From NCBI RefSeq assembly GCF_001194135.2, contig NC_068988.1, positions 68,169,327 through 68,233,326 on the forward strand: a stretch of 64,000 bases of DNA. Direction: 5' to 3'. Below the pieces are notes generated by a model. It did not search any database. It saw nothing but the letters and a program-made list of their open reading frames with translations, and was not told where the DNA came from. A program made the position numbers and the translations under genes. Below, in pieces: positions 24,501-40,072 of the stretch. The stretch is from Octopus bimaculoides (lineage: Eukaryota). Positions within the stretch are counted from its first letter, which is position 1, and each line of letters starts with the position of its first letter.

Positions 24501-25629
24501 CAAAATGAACAAAATGAACTGAATGATCCCAGACAAATTTCTATTATACAGTTTAACTGGGGCTAAATACAATAAACGGAATGTCTAAATGTTAGAAATA
24601 GAAATTACATCGTCCTTAATATGCAAACATCTTTACTAAAGCTGATATAATCAGATAATCATTGTTGAAATAAGTTGAATGATAATTATATTCTGCCAGA
24701 AATTATCCGTTCTCAAACACACTTACTATCACATGAATGGTATATACAACTTCTTACAAACTTCGGTGTTGAGCAAGTAATGATTCGAATTTCACAATGA
24801 CGATCAATTTAAAAGTGTACTTAATTTTATAATTTCTTAAATTTATCCTTAACATACGGTGATATTTTCCTTATATTTTTCATCTTACATAATTTAATGC
24901 TTTAAGCATAATACAAATTGAAGTCCACTTTAAATATGTTTTTGATTGATTTGTTTCATGATGTCTTGAATTATAAATCACAGGATTCAAGATGAATACA
25001 AAAATACAATTTAAGGTTATTTTCAAGTCAATTTACGATGAATTATACATATTCATATGTATTTTGTATTTTATTTCCTATTAGCTTTTTATTATTTCAT
25101 ATATTCTCTTTTTTTATGCATATTATAAAATAGTTGCAATACTGTCAGACAAGCATTCCAGTAGTATAAAATAGAGAATTCTGTACAATTCATAAATCTC
25201 ATTTGTCATGCTATATATTGTGAATGAAAAATCCTCATATGTTTGAAAAGTTTTAAACTTTTAGTTACTAAAATAATTCTACATTTCTTTAACACTTCCC
25301 ATTGATTTTTTTCTGAAATGTTACGATTTTGTATTTTGCTTCTAGTAACTGCAGTTGTTTTTGCTGGGACATTTAAGCATTATGCTTTTTTATATATATT
25401 TTACATAAAACATTCGAAAATATACATATTTTACAAATTTATTTTATAATTCTGCACTTCTAATCTTTCAATATTTTGAATAAGACTGCGAAGGAATTTC
25501 TAAATGAAAGTTTGATATTATATTAGATAGCTTCCTGAAGTTTGAAGTTAAAGCATTCTGGTTTAAATTTAAATCTGCATGCGATGAGCATTAATCTGCT
25601 TGTTAATATTTTCAAATTTTGATGCAAGG

Positions 25630-25780
25630 CTAACAATTTCGGAGGAGAGAGTAAGTCGATTACATCGACCTTAGTGCTCAACTACAATTATCTACTGACC
25701 TCGAAAGCATAAAACGCAGTCAGCCTCAGCTAAAATTAAACACAAATCACAAAGACGGACGAAAGACAGCTAAGTATTTT
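25630..25780 (-). mobile_element. SINE family 1, highly degenerate
   Basis: taagtcgattacatcgaccttagtg and gacctcgaaagcataaaacgcagtcagcctcag. Confidence 0.5.
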
Positions 25781-27934
25781 GTATGTTGTGTTCACATCTC
25801 AACGCCTGACATGTTTGATAATATTGACAAGAAGTAACTACCCTATATTCTTGAATTTTAAAAAACAGCAACCAATCAGTTTCCCGTTTGTTTTGCTAAG
25901 CGCTTGGCAGGTACAATAGGAAGCTTTACTTTTCTCACATAATTTTGGACGATACTAAAGAATGTTTATAAACTCAATAATTATTTTTTCCACACATTTT
26001 ACTTCCAGAAATGCACAGCTACATTCAATTTATACGTTATATTACTTAGTGTTATTCAAACAGTACTGAAGACTTCCTCTCGCTGACCACATCATTACAT
26101 TTACTTCATCATCATGTAAACAAAACAAAAAAATATATACTACGAACAATCGAATAGAAATCCGACCGATCATTCTCATATCCCGCTTGCGAATTCTAAA
26201 ATGGTAACAATTGATTCGTAAAATAATCTTACATTGTCAAAAAAAAAAAAAAAGAAAACTTCGAGATTATACTGGCTATTAGAATGTTTTTTTTTTAAAT
26301 TAATCTCTTCAAATAATGGATGGTAGGAGACAAACCAAAGAAAAGAATATCCTAGAATTGGTTCCGTTTCCGTACTTCATATTCTATAAATTATCCGTTT
26401 AAATTTTAAAATGGACTTTACAGTTACTTCGTGGTGTATATTTTTAATTTGCTGACCAAAAACATACCATTAACAATGGGTGTTTTAAATCTTCTAATGT
26501 GAAGGCTGAAAGAAAATTTCGTTGACATCAAAATATAAAGGAATTAAAATAAAAACATTGTGAAGTTCATTATTATAAGTATTACAATAAGTTTATTACT
26601 ATTAGTATAAGCATTAAAATAAGCCGAATAAATGATATGTAATGACAAAGTCCTGAAGCGCAGCATGTCTAGGACAGAAGGAATGTCAGTTTGTAATTAA
26701 GTGATCAGTTAAATGTAAATGACATATGCGGACGTTACTAAAAGCTAGTCTCTAACATGCTCAGGGATAATTTAATCAACTACGAAATTTCCGTTAAATT
26801 GATCGTTTGTATGCTTCAGTACCGAGAACTCGCCCGGATAGATTTAACATATCATGTCACAAGTAAAATGAAATGAAATAGATCGTAACAGAAAAATAGA
26901 AATATCAAATAAATAAATAAATAAAATGTTGATTATAGAAATGCCTTCCTTTGCTTCGTTGACATTCAGAATATTCTAAAACAGTTCAAAACGATAATTT
27001 ATTAAAGATATATAGATGATAATGAACTAAAAATACAGAATTGGAAAATGTAATCCCAAAATGTGTAACGAAATAACATTTTTAAAGATTTAATCAACAT
27101 TTTTTTCAACAGTTTTTATATCCGTATGAGCCCATGAAATTTAGAAATATGCAAGGATATTATATGCCAATATTCAATTAGTTTCATCTGTAACAATATT
27201 GCTTCTCAGGAACTTCATACGAAGCAGAATGTAACACAATAATATATAATATTTACGATTCTTCCCCAAGTGAAAGCAGGAAAGTAAAAATGTAAACATG
27301 GCCAAAGCAGTAACTGCATTTATAATGCGAAGGAACTATATTAAATCACCTTCTTAAAACTTTGTAGTAAATTGTGCTCACCATTGATTTTCTAAGAACT
27401 AATTACAATTTCACAGCTGCATTTAGTAAAATTCAGTAGAGAGGAGATATAGAAAATATCAGGATCGATAATGTTATAGAAAGTATTGCAGAGGTTTTAA
27501 AATTACGTCTAGATACACAGGAATTTTTTAAAAGACGATTTATAATATTCTTCTTAATATTAAATTCTTAATCTATGCATTAAAAAATAGAAAACCAAAA
27601 AACCCACAATTGCATGCACAACAGTTTGAGCTTCTGAATATGTCCAATATGGTGAGTTAAAATTTACGTCTGAGTATTAATATTCCAGAAAGTGTTATGA
27701 AAAGAGAGAGAGCAATAAAAGTGAATAGAAGGAAGATAAAATTGATAGAAGGATCGAAATGTGTATACATAGAAAGAAAAAAAGAGAGCGATATATATGC
27801 GCCGCCTAGTCCTGCACACTCACGTGTCTTCCCTGATTCACATACCTTAATCGAATCCTTCTTACAGCTTCGTTTCGATTGTTGCACTTCAATACTTGAT
27901 GATCCTACCTGCTCTTGCACACACGTTTGTACAA

Positions 27935-27981
<47 letters not shown>

Positions 27982-29449
27982 AACCTCACACACACGTGCA
28001 TGAAATAAAACACCTACACGCATACCTTACATATATGTTTTTGTGTGTGTGTGTGTGTGTATGTTGTGCGCGTATGTATGTATGTATATAGGGCTTTAAG
28101 GCGCGTAAGGCAACTATATCTTATCAGATAAGGTGTATCCGTCTTGGACCCATGAAAATTTATGTGGTGATGAAACAAAGTTGTGTATGTTTGTGTACGC
28201 GCGTGTGTGTGTGTGTGCGTGTGTGCGTGTGTATGTGTGTGCGTGTATGTGTGTGTGTGAGTGTGTATCTGTTTGTATAATAATTTATTTATGACTATGT
28301 GTGCACCGATATAAATTGACGTTCTATGCTGTATCTCGTTTCACCACCGTAAGTATAACTTTGTCACTCGAGAAAGAGGAATTGGTAAAACTGTGTCAGC
28401 CTCAGATGTTTACTGGTGCTGAAATCATCGACTAAATTTTTTTGAAAATACTACACCGGCAAAACACAGTATCTTAATAGAGGAAAAGAAATATAGGCTA
28501 TAAGAGTAAATATATATTTCTATTTGCTCGTGAAATTTTAAACATGATTCTCAGTTACCATTATGACACAATATGTTCGAAAATGAGATTGCACTATATT
28601 TCAAAATCAAAACATTTCACAATAATTAATCTATCACAATATCTATGTAGTGTAATCTTGATATCATATAAGGCAATATATATTCACATTTCGTTATATG
28701 GGGGAATTCCTTTTGTAGGAATGCAATTTCAAATTAATGAGAATGATTTATATACGTCTATATATATGTAATCTATCAGTTATTGCATGAATAAATCAAT
28801 TTGCAAAATAAATGGTATTATATTAAAGCGACGGGTAGTATGAAATCTTGAAACACAATTCGTTACATATAGTATTTAAATTGTTCTTTCTATACACATA
28901 ATGCCTTCATCTAAATCTAAGTGTAATTATTTAGTATAATTTAAATGTTAACCGTTTGTTTCTTTTATGTTTGCATTAGTATATTAAGTTAATTTCAAAA
29001 TTTTATTTATATTAGACAGCTAATTATGTAAACTCCAAAATGCATTAGATCTTATATCTTAAGAATCAGTTGCGAAATATTCTAAATGCCTCAAATTGAT
29101 CATTTATAATGTGTGGAAGCCAATTCAAAATCTGATTCATGGGGGTGTATTTCATGTGGTAATCTAATTGATGTGAGAAACCTTGTGAATTTTAACAATT
29201 GTATAATTGCCTACCTTTCTAGCTTTACGTAGCTGACTAATTATAAAGTGTACAGAAAATAATGAAGTTTATTATAACACAAATGTGTAGTGTATAGTGC
29301 CTACTTTAAGAAGCGTATTGTAATACACGTGTGGTATAATGATAGAAAATCACACGTGAAATTGCAGGTACGGTTCTTGTATTTTCACTAACTCTGTTAC
29401 TCTTTTCTATAGCTTTATTCTATTTTATATAGTTTCATGAATGTTGTAG

Positions 29450-29554
<105 letters not shown>

Positions 29555-31903
29555 ATATTATAATATGACAAACATCTTGCATTTCAAAATTTCAGTCCTT
29601 CTCATACAAATGATAATGTAATGTAATTATTCCGATTATGCAACTAACAATAACTTTCATTATATGTAGAAAATATAGTTTCAATATACCGTCTTTTATT
29701 TAAAAGCAATATTTGAGTTTTGAATATATTTGAATTTAGATGCTTTTCTATTTCTTATTTGAGCGTTCATTGTATTATTGGTCCTCTATTAAAAGTTACG
29801 TTTATTAACATCTCTGTTTTTAGGCATCCCCTTCTCGCATAAATAATATTAACCTGCTTTGTCACGAAGGCTTAGATTTAGTGTTACTGAGATGCCTCTC
29901 TTGGTATATGGACTATTACACTACACAATAGCTTCAATTTTGAATCTTTAGACACCCTCTATCGATATATGCTTGACATACCAACTCTTATTCTGTATTT
30001 TTTAGAATCCTCTCCTGACAAATGTAATACGATTTCGCCAGTGAATACCTGTCTATAATCGTTTAGGTTTTAACAACCCGAACTAGAAATAGAATCGAAG
30101 ACTCTCCAAAATCTTGACATATGTGAAAAGTTTATTAGTGTTTGAACAATCGTGATAAAATTGAAAACAATCGGAAAACTTAACCTAATTAAACCTTTGC
30201 TTTAAACAATCATCTTTATCGAACAGAATTTAACATATAAAGAGATATATAACAAATGAAACAATGTCGTGAAGATATATAAATATACTCGCAAAAAAAA
30301 AAATAACGTAACCAAAGAACTTTTCACGAGTGCCTCTAGTTTGAATATAATTTCTTTTGAATTTTGGTACTTCAACTATTGATGCTCTACGAGTTCATCG
30401 TATTGAACAATTATATTCAATCTCAGCGTATCTTGTTCTGCCTCTAACTGACATGTCACCCACAAAATTGATCTTTTGTTTTCAAAGTAGACCTTGGGGA
30501 AGAATACGGGCCATATCTACTATTGTGACATAATGTAATCTGTATAAATAAATGACTATTCACTATTCTCGTTGCAGGGTTGATATTCTCCCTAATTATT
30601 TCTCCCTCTCACGAATATTACTATTAGGTATTTGCTTAAGAAATTATATTTATTAAAGAAACTCGTCCTGTTAAGGAGACTTCCACGTTGGAGTTTCATG
30701 TCTAGAATATTCAAAAGTTAATCTTTCATATGATGTTTCATATCAATGACAAAAATATATAACTGACACATGTGAAAACGATATCGTTTAATAGACAATT
30801 ACATTGGTCCTGTGTCTTCTGATAGTGAACTTTTCTCCATCAAATGTAATTAATGTTGCCAAGTAACCAATGTGTACAGATTATTTGAGGAATGATATTG
30901 TTAATAAAATGCTTTTGTTTTTAATTAGAGTTTATATGAATGGAATGACAAATTAGATTAAAGTAAGAATTCTTATGTGCATGTATACTGTAATATCTAG
31001 GATACCCGAGTTCTTAGATAAAATAATTAAATTCAAGTATTATTCATTGGGAAAAACATTCACTGAAAACGTAAACACATACATGCACATATATGCAAAG
31101 TCTGCGACCAAATCAGTGGATATGAAAGTATACACAATACAGGAAGAGTATATCTGTAGAGAAAAAAGATAGATTAATTTCATGTTGACATTCTTATCAA
31201 TGACTATTCTTACTGCAAAATTAAGCGTTCAGAATTATATACATATGCCTGTGTGTGTGTGCTTGTGTGTGTATGTATCTATATATGTATATATATATAT
31301 ATGTATATATACATATGTATATACACATATATGCATATATATACATATTTACATATATATATACATATACATGTACATGAAAAAGTACATGGACAGGTAG
31401 ATGGCTGGTTACACACACATACAAATATTTGTATTCGAATCACTATATATATTACATGAGAACGTGTGCTGAAAAGTTTTCTTGCGTTTTGAGTGTGTGC
31501 CATGGTGTCAATACAGATGTCCGCTTATTAATTCATTCATTTGTTAAATTTTATCTCTAAAACTTTGTAGCATTAAGAATTTAGAGTTTTCCTAGCCTTA
31601 TTAGGTCTTCTGCCTTTTATTAAATGGTATCAATTGAAAGCTCACTGTGAACACAGGTAAGCGTATGTGTGTCCGTGTTCATTGTGTTCGTATTAATATA
31701 TATATATATANNNNNNNNNNNNNNNNNNNNNNNNNNNNNNNNNNNNNNNNNNNNNNNNNNNNNNNNNNNNNNNNNNNNNNNNNNNNNNNNNNNNNNNNNN
31801 NNNNNNNNNNNNNNNNNNNNNNNNNNNNNNNNNNNNNNNNNNNNNNNNNNNNNNNNNNNNNNNNNNNNNNNNNNNNNNNNNNNNNNNNNNNNNNNNNNNN
31901 NNN

Positions 31904-31984
<81 letters not shown>

Positions 31985-32559
31985 TATAGATAAGTGTGTG
32001 TGTATATATATACATATTCATATATACATAAATATATATACACACTCACACACATATATTCCTATATATGCATATGTTAATATACATAATTTATATCTAT
32101 ATACATTTTCATGCAATGCAATAATGACATAAATGATAATTACAAAATTACTATTTCATGATAACCAAGTAAAACATTACTATTTGCACAGTAATGTATA
32201 TTTCAGTATATGTATATATGTATCCAAATGCGTATATGTTCCTAATACATGTAAATTCAGAATATATAGGAAATAAAATTCAAGAGTCGACTAAATTCGT
32301 TGTCTTAAATCCCATTACACTTTAACACAATATTTAAATTAACCCTGTTTTTAACTTGCCCGCACATACATTCAACTGGCTTGCATCCAATCACACACGC
32401 ACAAACACACACACACAGCATTCTAACACTCAGTGCTTGCGCACCCTAGTTCAGCCGGGTCACAGTTATTATCTACCTGTCACTCAGCTACTTTCTTCCG
32501 GTCATTTCATCACGTAGAACCGTTAATACCTATACATCACTTTTATTGTCACGGTTTTT

Positions 32560-32710
32560 TTTTTCTTTTTTCGTTCTCTCCATTTTCTTTTCCTCTCCAG
32601 CCTTTCCTTCGAGGAGCGTAGGCTCGAAACGTCAAACAGCATCAAACTAATACACCTGCTTGTTGTTCCCTCAGCTGTTTTCGTCTTTTATTTTCTGTAC
32701 TTTTGAACTA
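32560..32710 (+). mobile_element. Short hammerhead-bearing repeat, copy 3 (5' core box decayed)
   Basis: 32601-32637 cctttCCTTCGA-GGAGC-gtag-GCTC-GAAA-CGT-C-AAAC, then aaactaatacacctg...ctgttttcgtctttt...GAACTA before (CA)n. Confidence 0.55.
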
Positions 32711-33308
32711 CACACACACAAACACACATGCACATAAAGGAATAATTTCCTGTTCAAAAAATATATTTACATTATTCTTGGTATATAATAAGATCATTAT
32801 ATTTCATATCTGAGTTGTTCAACTCCCACATGTGCAAGGGACATAATGCTGTTAGCAGAGTCATGGCACTGCGTGCTATTTATTATGCTGGCTTCCATTA
32901 AAAAATGTTATTTTGAACGCTCCACATTTTACTTCTTTGTATTTTGCACGTATGTCTCGAATCAAAGCAGTTTTGCTTATTTAATTTATCGATGTATATT
33001 TATTAAACTACGTTTCTGTAATTGAAAATAGTTGAGTATTGCTGTCAGCACTATCAAACAGCTCCTTTCTCAGGCTTCTAAGGCCAGATTAAACTGCAAA
33101 AAAGCGCTACAAAGAGTTATCACACTATATATTTGCAGTGAATATAAATGCCTCACATCTTAGCGTGATGAAATGACAATCAAAGTTTCCGAAAATTATT
33201 AAACTATACATAGTTGAATTGAAAAAAAAAACATACTTGTTTGGTTGTTAAGTAAGCCTCGAAGATGTGTAAACACATATGCATGCTCGATAATCAACTA
33301 AACACAAT

Positions 33309-33349
<41 letters not shown>

Positions 33350-33350
33350 G

Positions 33351-33375
33351 ATAATAATATTATCATTATCATTAC

Positions 33376-33462
<87 letters not shown>

Positions 33463-33508
33463 CATTATTATTATTATTATTATTATTATAATTATTATTA
33501 TTATTATT
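33351..33508. repeat. (ATT)n microsatellite
   Basis: Visible; source of the poly-N and poly-I pseudo-ORFs. Confidence 0.97.
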
Positions 33509-33712
33509 AAAGCTGTGAGCTGCCACGGTCGTTAGCTGGCCGGGCGAAATGCGGTATTTCGTCTGCCGCTACGTTCTGAGTTCAGATTCCGCCGTGGTCG
33601 ACTTTGCCTGTCATCCGTTCGGGGTCTATAAATTAAGTACCAGTTGTGTACTAGGATGGATGCTCACAATATAGAGGCCGTGTTCCTGTAGTAGAAAGAA
33701 TTATTATTATTA
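33509..33712 (+). mobile_element. SINE family 1 copy with (ATT)n tail
   Basis: ccgggcgaaatgcggtatttcgtctgccgctacgttctgagttcagattccgccgtggtcgactttgcctgtcatccgttcggggtc. Confidence 0.85.
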
Positions 33713-34086
33713 CTAATATTATTTAGCAGATGTAACAGAGTGACTAAAGTTACGCGCGTTAACAGTTATCAAACTAGATACAAATTCTGCAATACTCACA
33801 AATAAGAAAACATTCACACTCACACACACACACACACACACACACACAAGAACATACTCATTCACACAACAGATTCAACCCCATGAACACGCACACTAGA
33901 CCACACATGCGCGCCTCCACAATCATACTCTCACGTAATTCTGAGACACATCCACATGAACGCAAGAACGTACATACACGCGCAGAAGCACCAGAAGACG
34001 TTACTATACATATTTCCACACGCAATCACCATCCAGACACACGTACACACACATGGATATGAGCAAGCACAAGCATACAATCGTAT

Positions 34087-34164
34087 AATCCGGAAACAGG
34101 CGAGAATAAATTTTTTATCATCACAGACTTTAGGATTCGAATATATAACACATAATGAATTGAC
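34087..34164 (+). repeat. 78-bp dispersed repeat, copy A (copy B at 39008-39085)
   Basis: Ungapped manual alignment gives 67/78 identical bases. Confidence 0.85.
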
Positions 34165-35579
34165 ACACAAGTACGCACACGCAAACACTCAATCATAGAT
34201 TCAGAAAGTTAAATATTCAAAACCACCGCCAAATACACAGACACACACGTATGAACATACACACTCACTGATTCGAACGATCCACATGAGCACGCATAAC
34301 AGACCAGCCAACTCTCTCTTATGCACGCACCGGAACAAATACACGCGCACGCATGTACTCACCAATGCATGCATACACACAAACACACCCGGTATTCCCC
34401 TTCCCCTCCCTATATCAAGGATTACGTCTTAAACCCATGAGTCATCAGTGGACATGAAACTGACCAAGACAAATAAAAGACGAAAGCAGAACCTGCAAAG
34501 AGACCACGATTGGCTACCGCTTAAACTTCCATAAACTTATACAAGCAGTCATACACACATAACCACACATACACACACGCATACGCGTACACACACACAC
34601 ATACAAACATACAAAACTTTTGTTTACCCTCACTTTTTGGCCTTTTCTAAGTAAACACCTCTACATACATAGAAGCATGCATACACACAGACATAAGACG
34701 AAAACTGAGACATACACAGAAAAGATTTTGGAGTGAGAGGGAAAGTCACAAAGGTAGTGATAAGATCGCGAACAGTGACAAAGGAAGTTTGACTAACAAC
34801 AACCGATTGATCGTGTAAAGCAGCACGTATAATCCTGAAACCATCAATCAGTTAGCCGGTTATATATCTAACCATTTGACTAAGTAACAATGAAGAGATA
34901 GAATCGAACCGGGGCATACAATATTCTTATTGGTGTGAGAGAGAGTTAGAGTTTACTGTTCCGTTATGGTAATATCTACAAAATAATGCTCTATCCAGTG
35001 AAAAATAAGTATCACTTAATCTACACAAATTAATGGTGAGAGCTACTTATCGTTCCTTGCTGTGACGGCAGGTAGTGCGGCAAGTATTTATTACGTACCG
35101 CGTCTCGAAGCAATCTTTATGCTCCGAGCATGCTGTGTTCCATTTGAAAATTGGGACGATGGTTCATCAGAAACCATAAGAAAAAAAGATTAGTTCAAGA
35201 AGTGGAAAGGTGAATAAAACCGGAAAAATGAAATGACAGCGACTCAATCTGGTGAAGGTGGTTTTTTAACCTGTTTGCCATAAGAAATGTACACACATAT
35301 GAATTAATATAAACAGCTATGCGCAATATAATACCGAAAAGAAAAACTTTTATCGTCACTAAATGTGAGTGACAGTGCCTAAGCACATATTTTGCTGGAA
35401 ATAATTGTCAAAGTCTCTTAATGCTGTAAGAAGAGCGCAACATGTATACATAGACAGGGGAGATAACCATCCCATCACCTTCTCTAGAATCACTAGACTA
35501 GACTACTTTCGACTATTTCGTAGGCATCATCAGTAGTTGCTACTTATATTATACATCCATCCATATATACATACATACA

Positions 35580-35615
<36 letters not shown>

Positions 35616-36991
35616 TATANNNNNNNNNNNNNNNNNNNNNNNNNNNNNNNNNNNNNNNNNNNNNNNNNNNNNNNNNNNNNNNNNNNNNNNNNNNNNNNNN
35701 NNNNNNNNNNNNNNNNNNNNNNNNNNNNNNNNNNNNNNNNNNNNNNNNNNNNNNNNNNNNNNNNNNNNNNNNNNATATATATATATATAAATGACATCTC
35801 CAAAAAACCTTTTAAATATTTTATTTATTATTCATTTTCAGCATTTCAATCTCTACCACCTACATCAAATACGATTACTTTAATTGCCACTTTCTCTATC
35901 ATTATACATCGTCACATCCACCCTATTAGTTTTCCATAACAAATTGGATATATCTATTATAACTTTAGAGAAATTACGTAAATATTATTCACATAAAGAA
36001 GACAAAGAAAAAAAGATCACTTTTCAATAGCACCGTTTTATAACTTTCGATTATTTTAATAAAGGTTTTACTCTCTTTCCTCAATTATATACGTATGCAT
36101 ATGAACTTACATACACACAAACACATACACGGACATAGACACGTGTATATATGTGTGTGTGTGTATGACATAAACAGAAGAAAACATGTAGATAGGCTGG
36201 GGTTTAACTAATTTTTATATATTTTTACTTCCAGAATGTATCATATTTGAAGGATGGGAATTGTGTATTACATTACCTCAACTACTTTACAGCTTATCTT
36301 ATCCATACCAGATCAGTAAAAGCTAACGTTGACCTTGACACGATTCATAATCAAAACAGTAGGGGCGTAACCAAATACCGCCGGCCATTTTTCTGATATT
36401 GTATTTACATGATAATATCATGAAACATGAAGGTTTTATAAGAAACATTAAAATAAAATAATATATTCATATATCTGTTTTTATATCAAACTCACTGACT
36501 CCATGCAGATGTAAATATTCAATTATGTATATTCGACAAGGAAATTTAATTTAACATACTGATATTGCAAACGCTTTCCTGTTTAGCTATAAACAGCAAG
36601 GAAAATAACCGTAATAATTTGTTGACATATTCGAACACGTTTATCAAATACATAACTTGTCTTCGCAGAAAGAATATATTTACAATGAAAAATAAAAAAA
36701 AGAATTAATTCAAAATAGTTATTATGAGATAGTAAAAAACAAAAATAATATACACTGAAAATGTGCTAGCTGATCAACAAGAAGAATCATAAACGATTGT
36801 TTTTTGGACATTTGATGAGCAATGAGCTATAATGTGTGACTCTTAATATCGTAGATCATTTGAAAAATGTTTTAATCTGTATAATAAAACTTTCATTTTA
36901 TTTTATAACTTACCTAAATTTTATTCTAATATATCTCTAGCAATGTTCTCTTCAAAAATGGCCCGTGTATTATTAATATATTATTATTGAA

Positions 36992-38156
36992 TACAGCTGG
37001 CCAAAAAAGTTCGTTTGGTTTTCTATGCTGAAATAAAAACCTATGTTTTAAACGACTTAATTGCCGTTTCATTCCACTACCTTCGTCCATCTTTTGTGAA
37101 GATCCATTATTTCCTTCTGAAAGAATTTATCTTTCAGCTGAATTATTACGTCCACTTCAGAGTTGAACGTTTGCTAATTTGATGTATTTTGAACAGGTAG
37201 AAATCTGAAGGCACAAGGTCAGTTGATTCTGGACAGTGTGACAAAACTTCTCAGCCTAGCCCCATTAATCTCTGCGAAATCTGGAATTTAGTGTGCGATT
37301 TTACACTGTCGCGAAGAAAGATAATGCTCTTACGATCAGCACATGCTGGAGGCTTCGAGTGGATCGCTACGTTTATTCTATCTGAAAAAGCAACGCCCTT
37401 CCATTCTCACCAACTTGAATGCAGAACGTTCTTCAGGTGATATCCCCTTTGGAGGTTGTTGGTGGTAGTTTGCCTGGCTTCCATGATGAACGTTTGCAGT
37501 TTACATTCTTACAGAAAATCCATTTCTTTGTCGCCTGTTATCATTCTCTTCAAGCAAGTTTCGTTTATTTCATGTTTCTGCAAAGAGCTGCAGATGAGAT
37601 TAACATCATTCAGATGATGTGGCACACATACATCGAGCGTGCTAAGGTAACTAAGTTGAAGCAGATCATATTCAACACTCAATTTCGATGTCTAAAGCAT
37701 ATCTACGATTATCCTGAACGTATATGGGGGCGGGCGAGGTCGATGTCACTGTTAATCTCAGATGGCCGGCCAGATTAACGTCCGTTTTGAACCCCAAAAT
37801 TTCCCGATTGAAATCTTGAAAATCAATCCTTTCTACACACTATTTTTTTTATTTATGTGTTTCAGCCAAGTGGCTGCGGTCATGCTGGTGCATATTTTTC
37901 CCGCAGGTTTCCGCTGCTTTAAAAAATATACAAGTTTCGATAATGTAAAAAATTTGGTTCGATAAAGTTAGTTTTGGTTCTAAATTTTCAGGGTGTAGCA
38001 TACAAGTTACAACGTCTCGTCTTAATTTCACCTCGAACTATGTTGATGTGTCAAGCATCTAACAAGTGCATTGGAAAGACTGAAGTTAGCTACTTATTAG
38101 AGTGCTTGAAGTTTACTGTCGAGGGATAATCGAATGTTTTTTTGACCATCCCAGTA
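36992..38156 (-). mobile_element. Mariner (DD34D-type) transposon, decayed, near full length, with TIR remnants
   Basis: Minus strand gives KRMITGD and GLG*EVLSHCPESTDLVPSDFYLF (compare HPPYSPDLAPSDFHLF). Ends are tacagctggccaaaaaagttcg and cgaatgtttttttgaccatcccagta, with terminal TA. Confidence 0.85.
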
Positions 38157-40072
38157 TGTTTCATTAATATATTTTCTGACCTAGCAATGTAGCTAAATAA
38201 ATATGTCAAATGTCTAAAAGACATGCAAAGTAGACGGGGATAAACACCAAATAGTTCAGGTTGAAATCAATTGTATCTTTTAATTCCTATACTGGTTACT
38301 GTCAAATAATCTATAGTAGAGTTCATTACATGAACTCTCTCCATCCTAATCTTTATGTGATTGACATCGCAAGTGTAAAAGCCAAAGCAGATGAGTGTTG
38401 TGTGGACTCAGACATAAACGGATTTGCCCAATCTATTTAACAATTCTGTTGATTAAGCACCAACAATGCTATCTAAGCACTAATGTAAATTTAGTTTTAA
38501 AATTGTGACCTTGAATATTAGATATCTAAAAGAAATATATTAAAACTTTCCTTTTTTAACTGAATACCTTCCAGATTGCTACTTTTTTTCATCTAACTAA
38601 ATACTGTTTGAATATTAAGTGGAAACATTTTCCATTTAGGGTATCATATCAAAAGCGATATATTGACTGCTGTCATGTAGGCAATTCAATTTGCACACAA
38701 TTTTGATTTCGGATAACAGTACTAGATACAATTAATTTTCCACGAAATTTACCCAACTACACTGATATATTACTCGTTGGGAAGATTTCATGAAGCACAA
38801 AAGCCTTTTCCGAAAGATCTTTCACATCAAAGAGAAATCAATACACAAGTAATATCAACAATATGATTATTGCTTTTATATAAAGTGGTTTTCGTACAGA
38901 TTTATCGGCAGAGATATGCATAAATAAACGCAAAACAACACAGGATGAATTATCTATATGGATGCTTATTCAACGGAAGATTTAGCGGTGACGGTGATTT
39001 CTCCTACAATCCTAAAACAGGCGAGAATAAACATCTTATCATCACAGTTTTTAGGATTCGAATATTTAACACATAATCAACTTACAGTGAAATCATTGCA
39101 CATTAGGGGGAAGAAAAGAATAATTAGAATGAAAATGATATGAATTTACTTGTAATGTTAAAAGAACTAACAAAGTTAATGGATTGTAAATTAAATACAA
39201 ACAAATTTATCGACAATGATTGTTTACAAAAATCTAGAACAGATTTTGCTAATGTTATTGTATAATCTTCTGACGAATTTGATGTAGTACACATTTTATC
39301 AAAAAGCATTCCAGCTGCGATTGCCCTTCTTGTTTCTTTATTTGATTCTTAGATAGCATACATTGTTCATGGTAACCTCTTTTCAAAACAACACGATATG
39401 ATTTGGAAGATATACAGTAATATGTCAAATGGATTGAGCACCTTCAATGAGAGAATAGATGTTTACATCTTAATACAGGAAATACAATGACTGAAACTAT
39501 GTCGTCCATAACCCCGTTACCACGATTACACCATAGTCACAACAACATTACCACACACCCATGATCACGACTTCTGATAGCTTGTTGTGCCTAAGGCTTG
39601 CAGAGTAAGACTCAAAAACGTGCCATAAATAACTTTAGAATTATATGATTGTGTAGGTATCAATTAAAAGACATTCAATCAAAACGAAATGAAATGAGAC
39701 ACCGAACAGCCTTTCAGAAACCTCATTATATGTGAGTTCCCATATGTCATATTGATGGAACTATTATCATTCTATAGACATTAGGCTACTTGTTGGTAGA
39801 ACACTGGGCGGTGATGAATAATTATTCATATATGAGAGAAAGCATTATCCATAGCTAAACATGCAATCCATATCTATGGACATCCGAATTTTAAACAACG
39901 AATTAAGGAAAATGCATGCATTATATTTCTCAGAATGGGAACGTCGGAAATATTTTTGTAGTGCCTCCTACAAAGTTGTTGATGTCTATCAGAATATCTT
40001 ATCTTGAAAATGGGTATCTGCCTCAAATGATTACAAGGGGCAGTTAAGGATGTCAAACTAGGGGGCATATTA

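Noticed and set aside
24193-24510. Stop-free plus-strand frame of about 105 codons with a GTAAGG donor-like site
   Set aside because: No polypyrimidine acceptor, no recognisable domain, and the 3' third is SINE-derived.
38958-39500. Possible second LRR or transmembrane receptor remnant (THNQLT; IPAAIALLVSLF)
   Set aside because: Too few motifs, many stops and no TIR signature; compatible with chance in AT-rich DNA.
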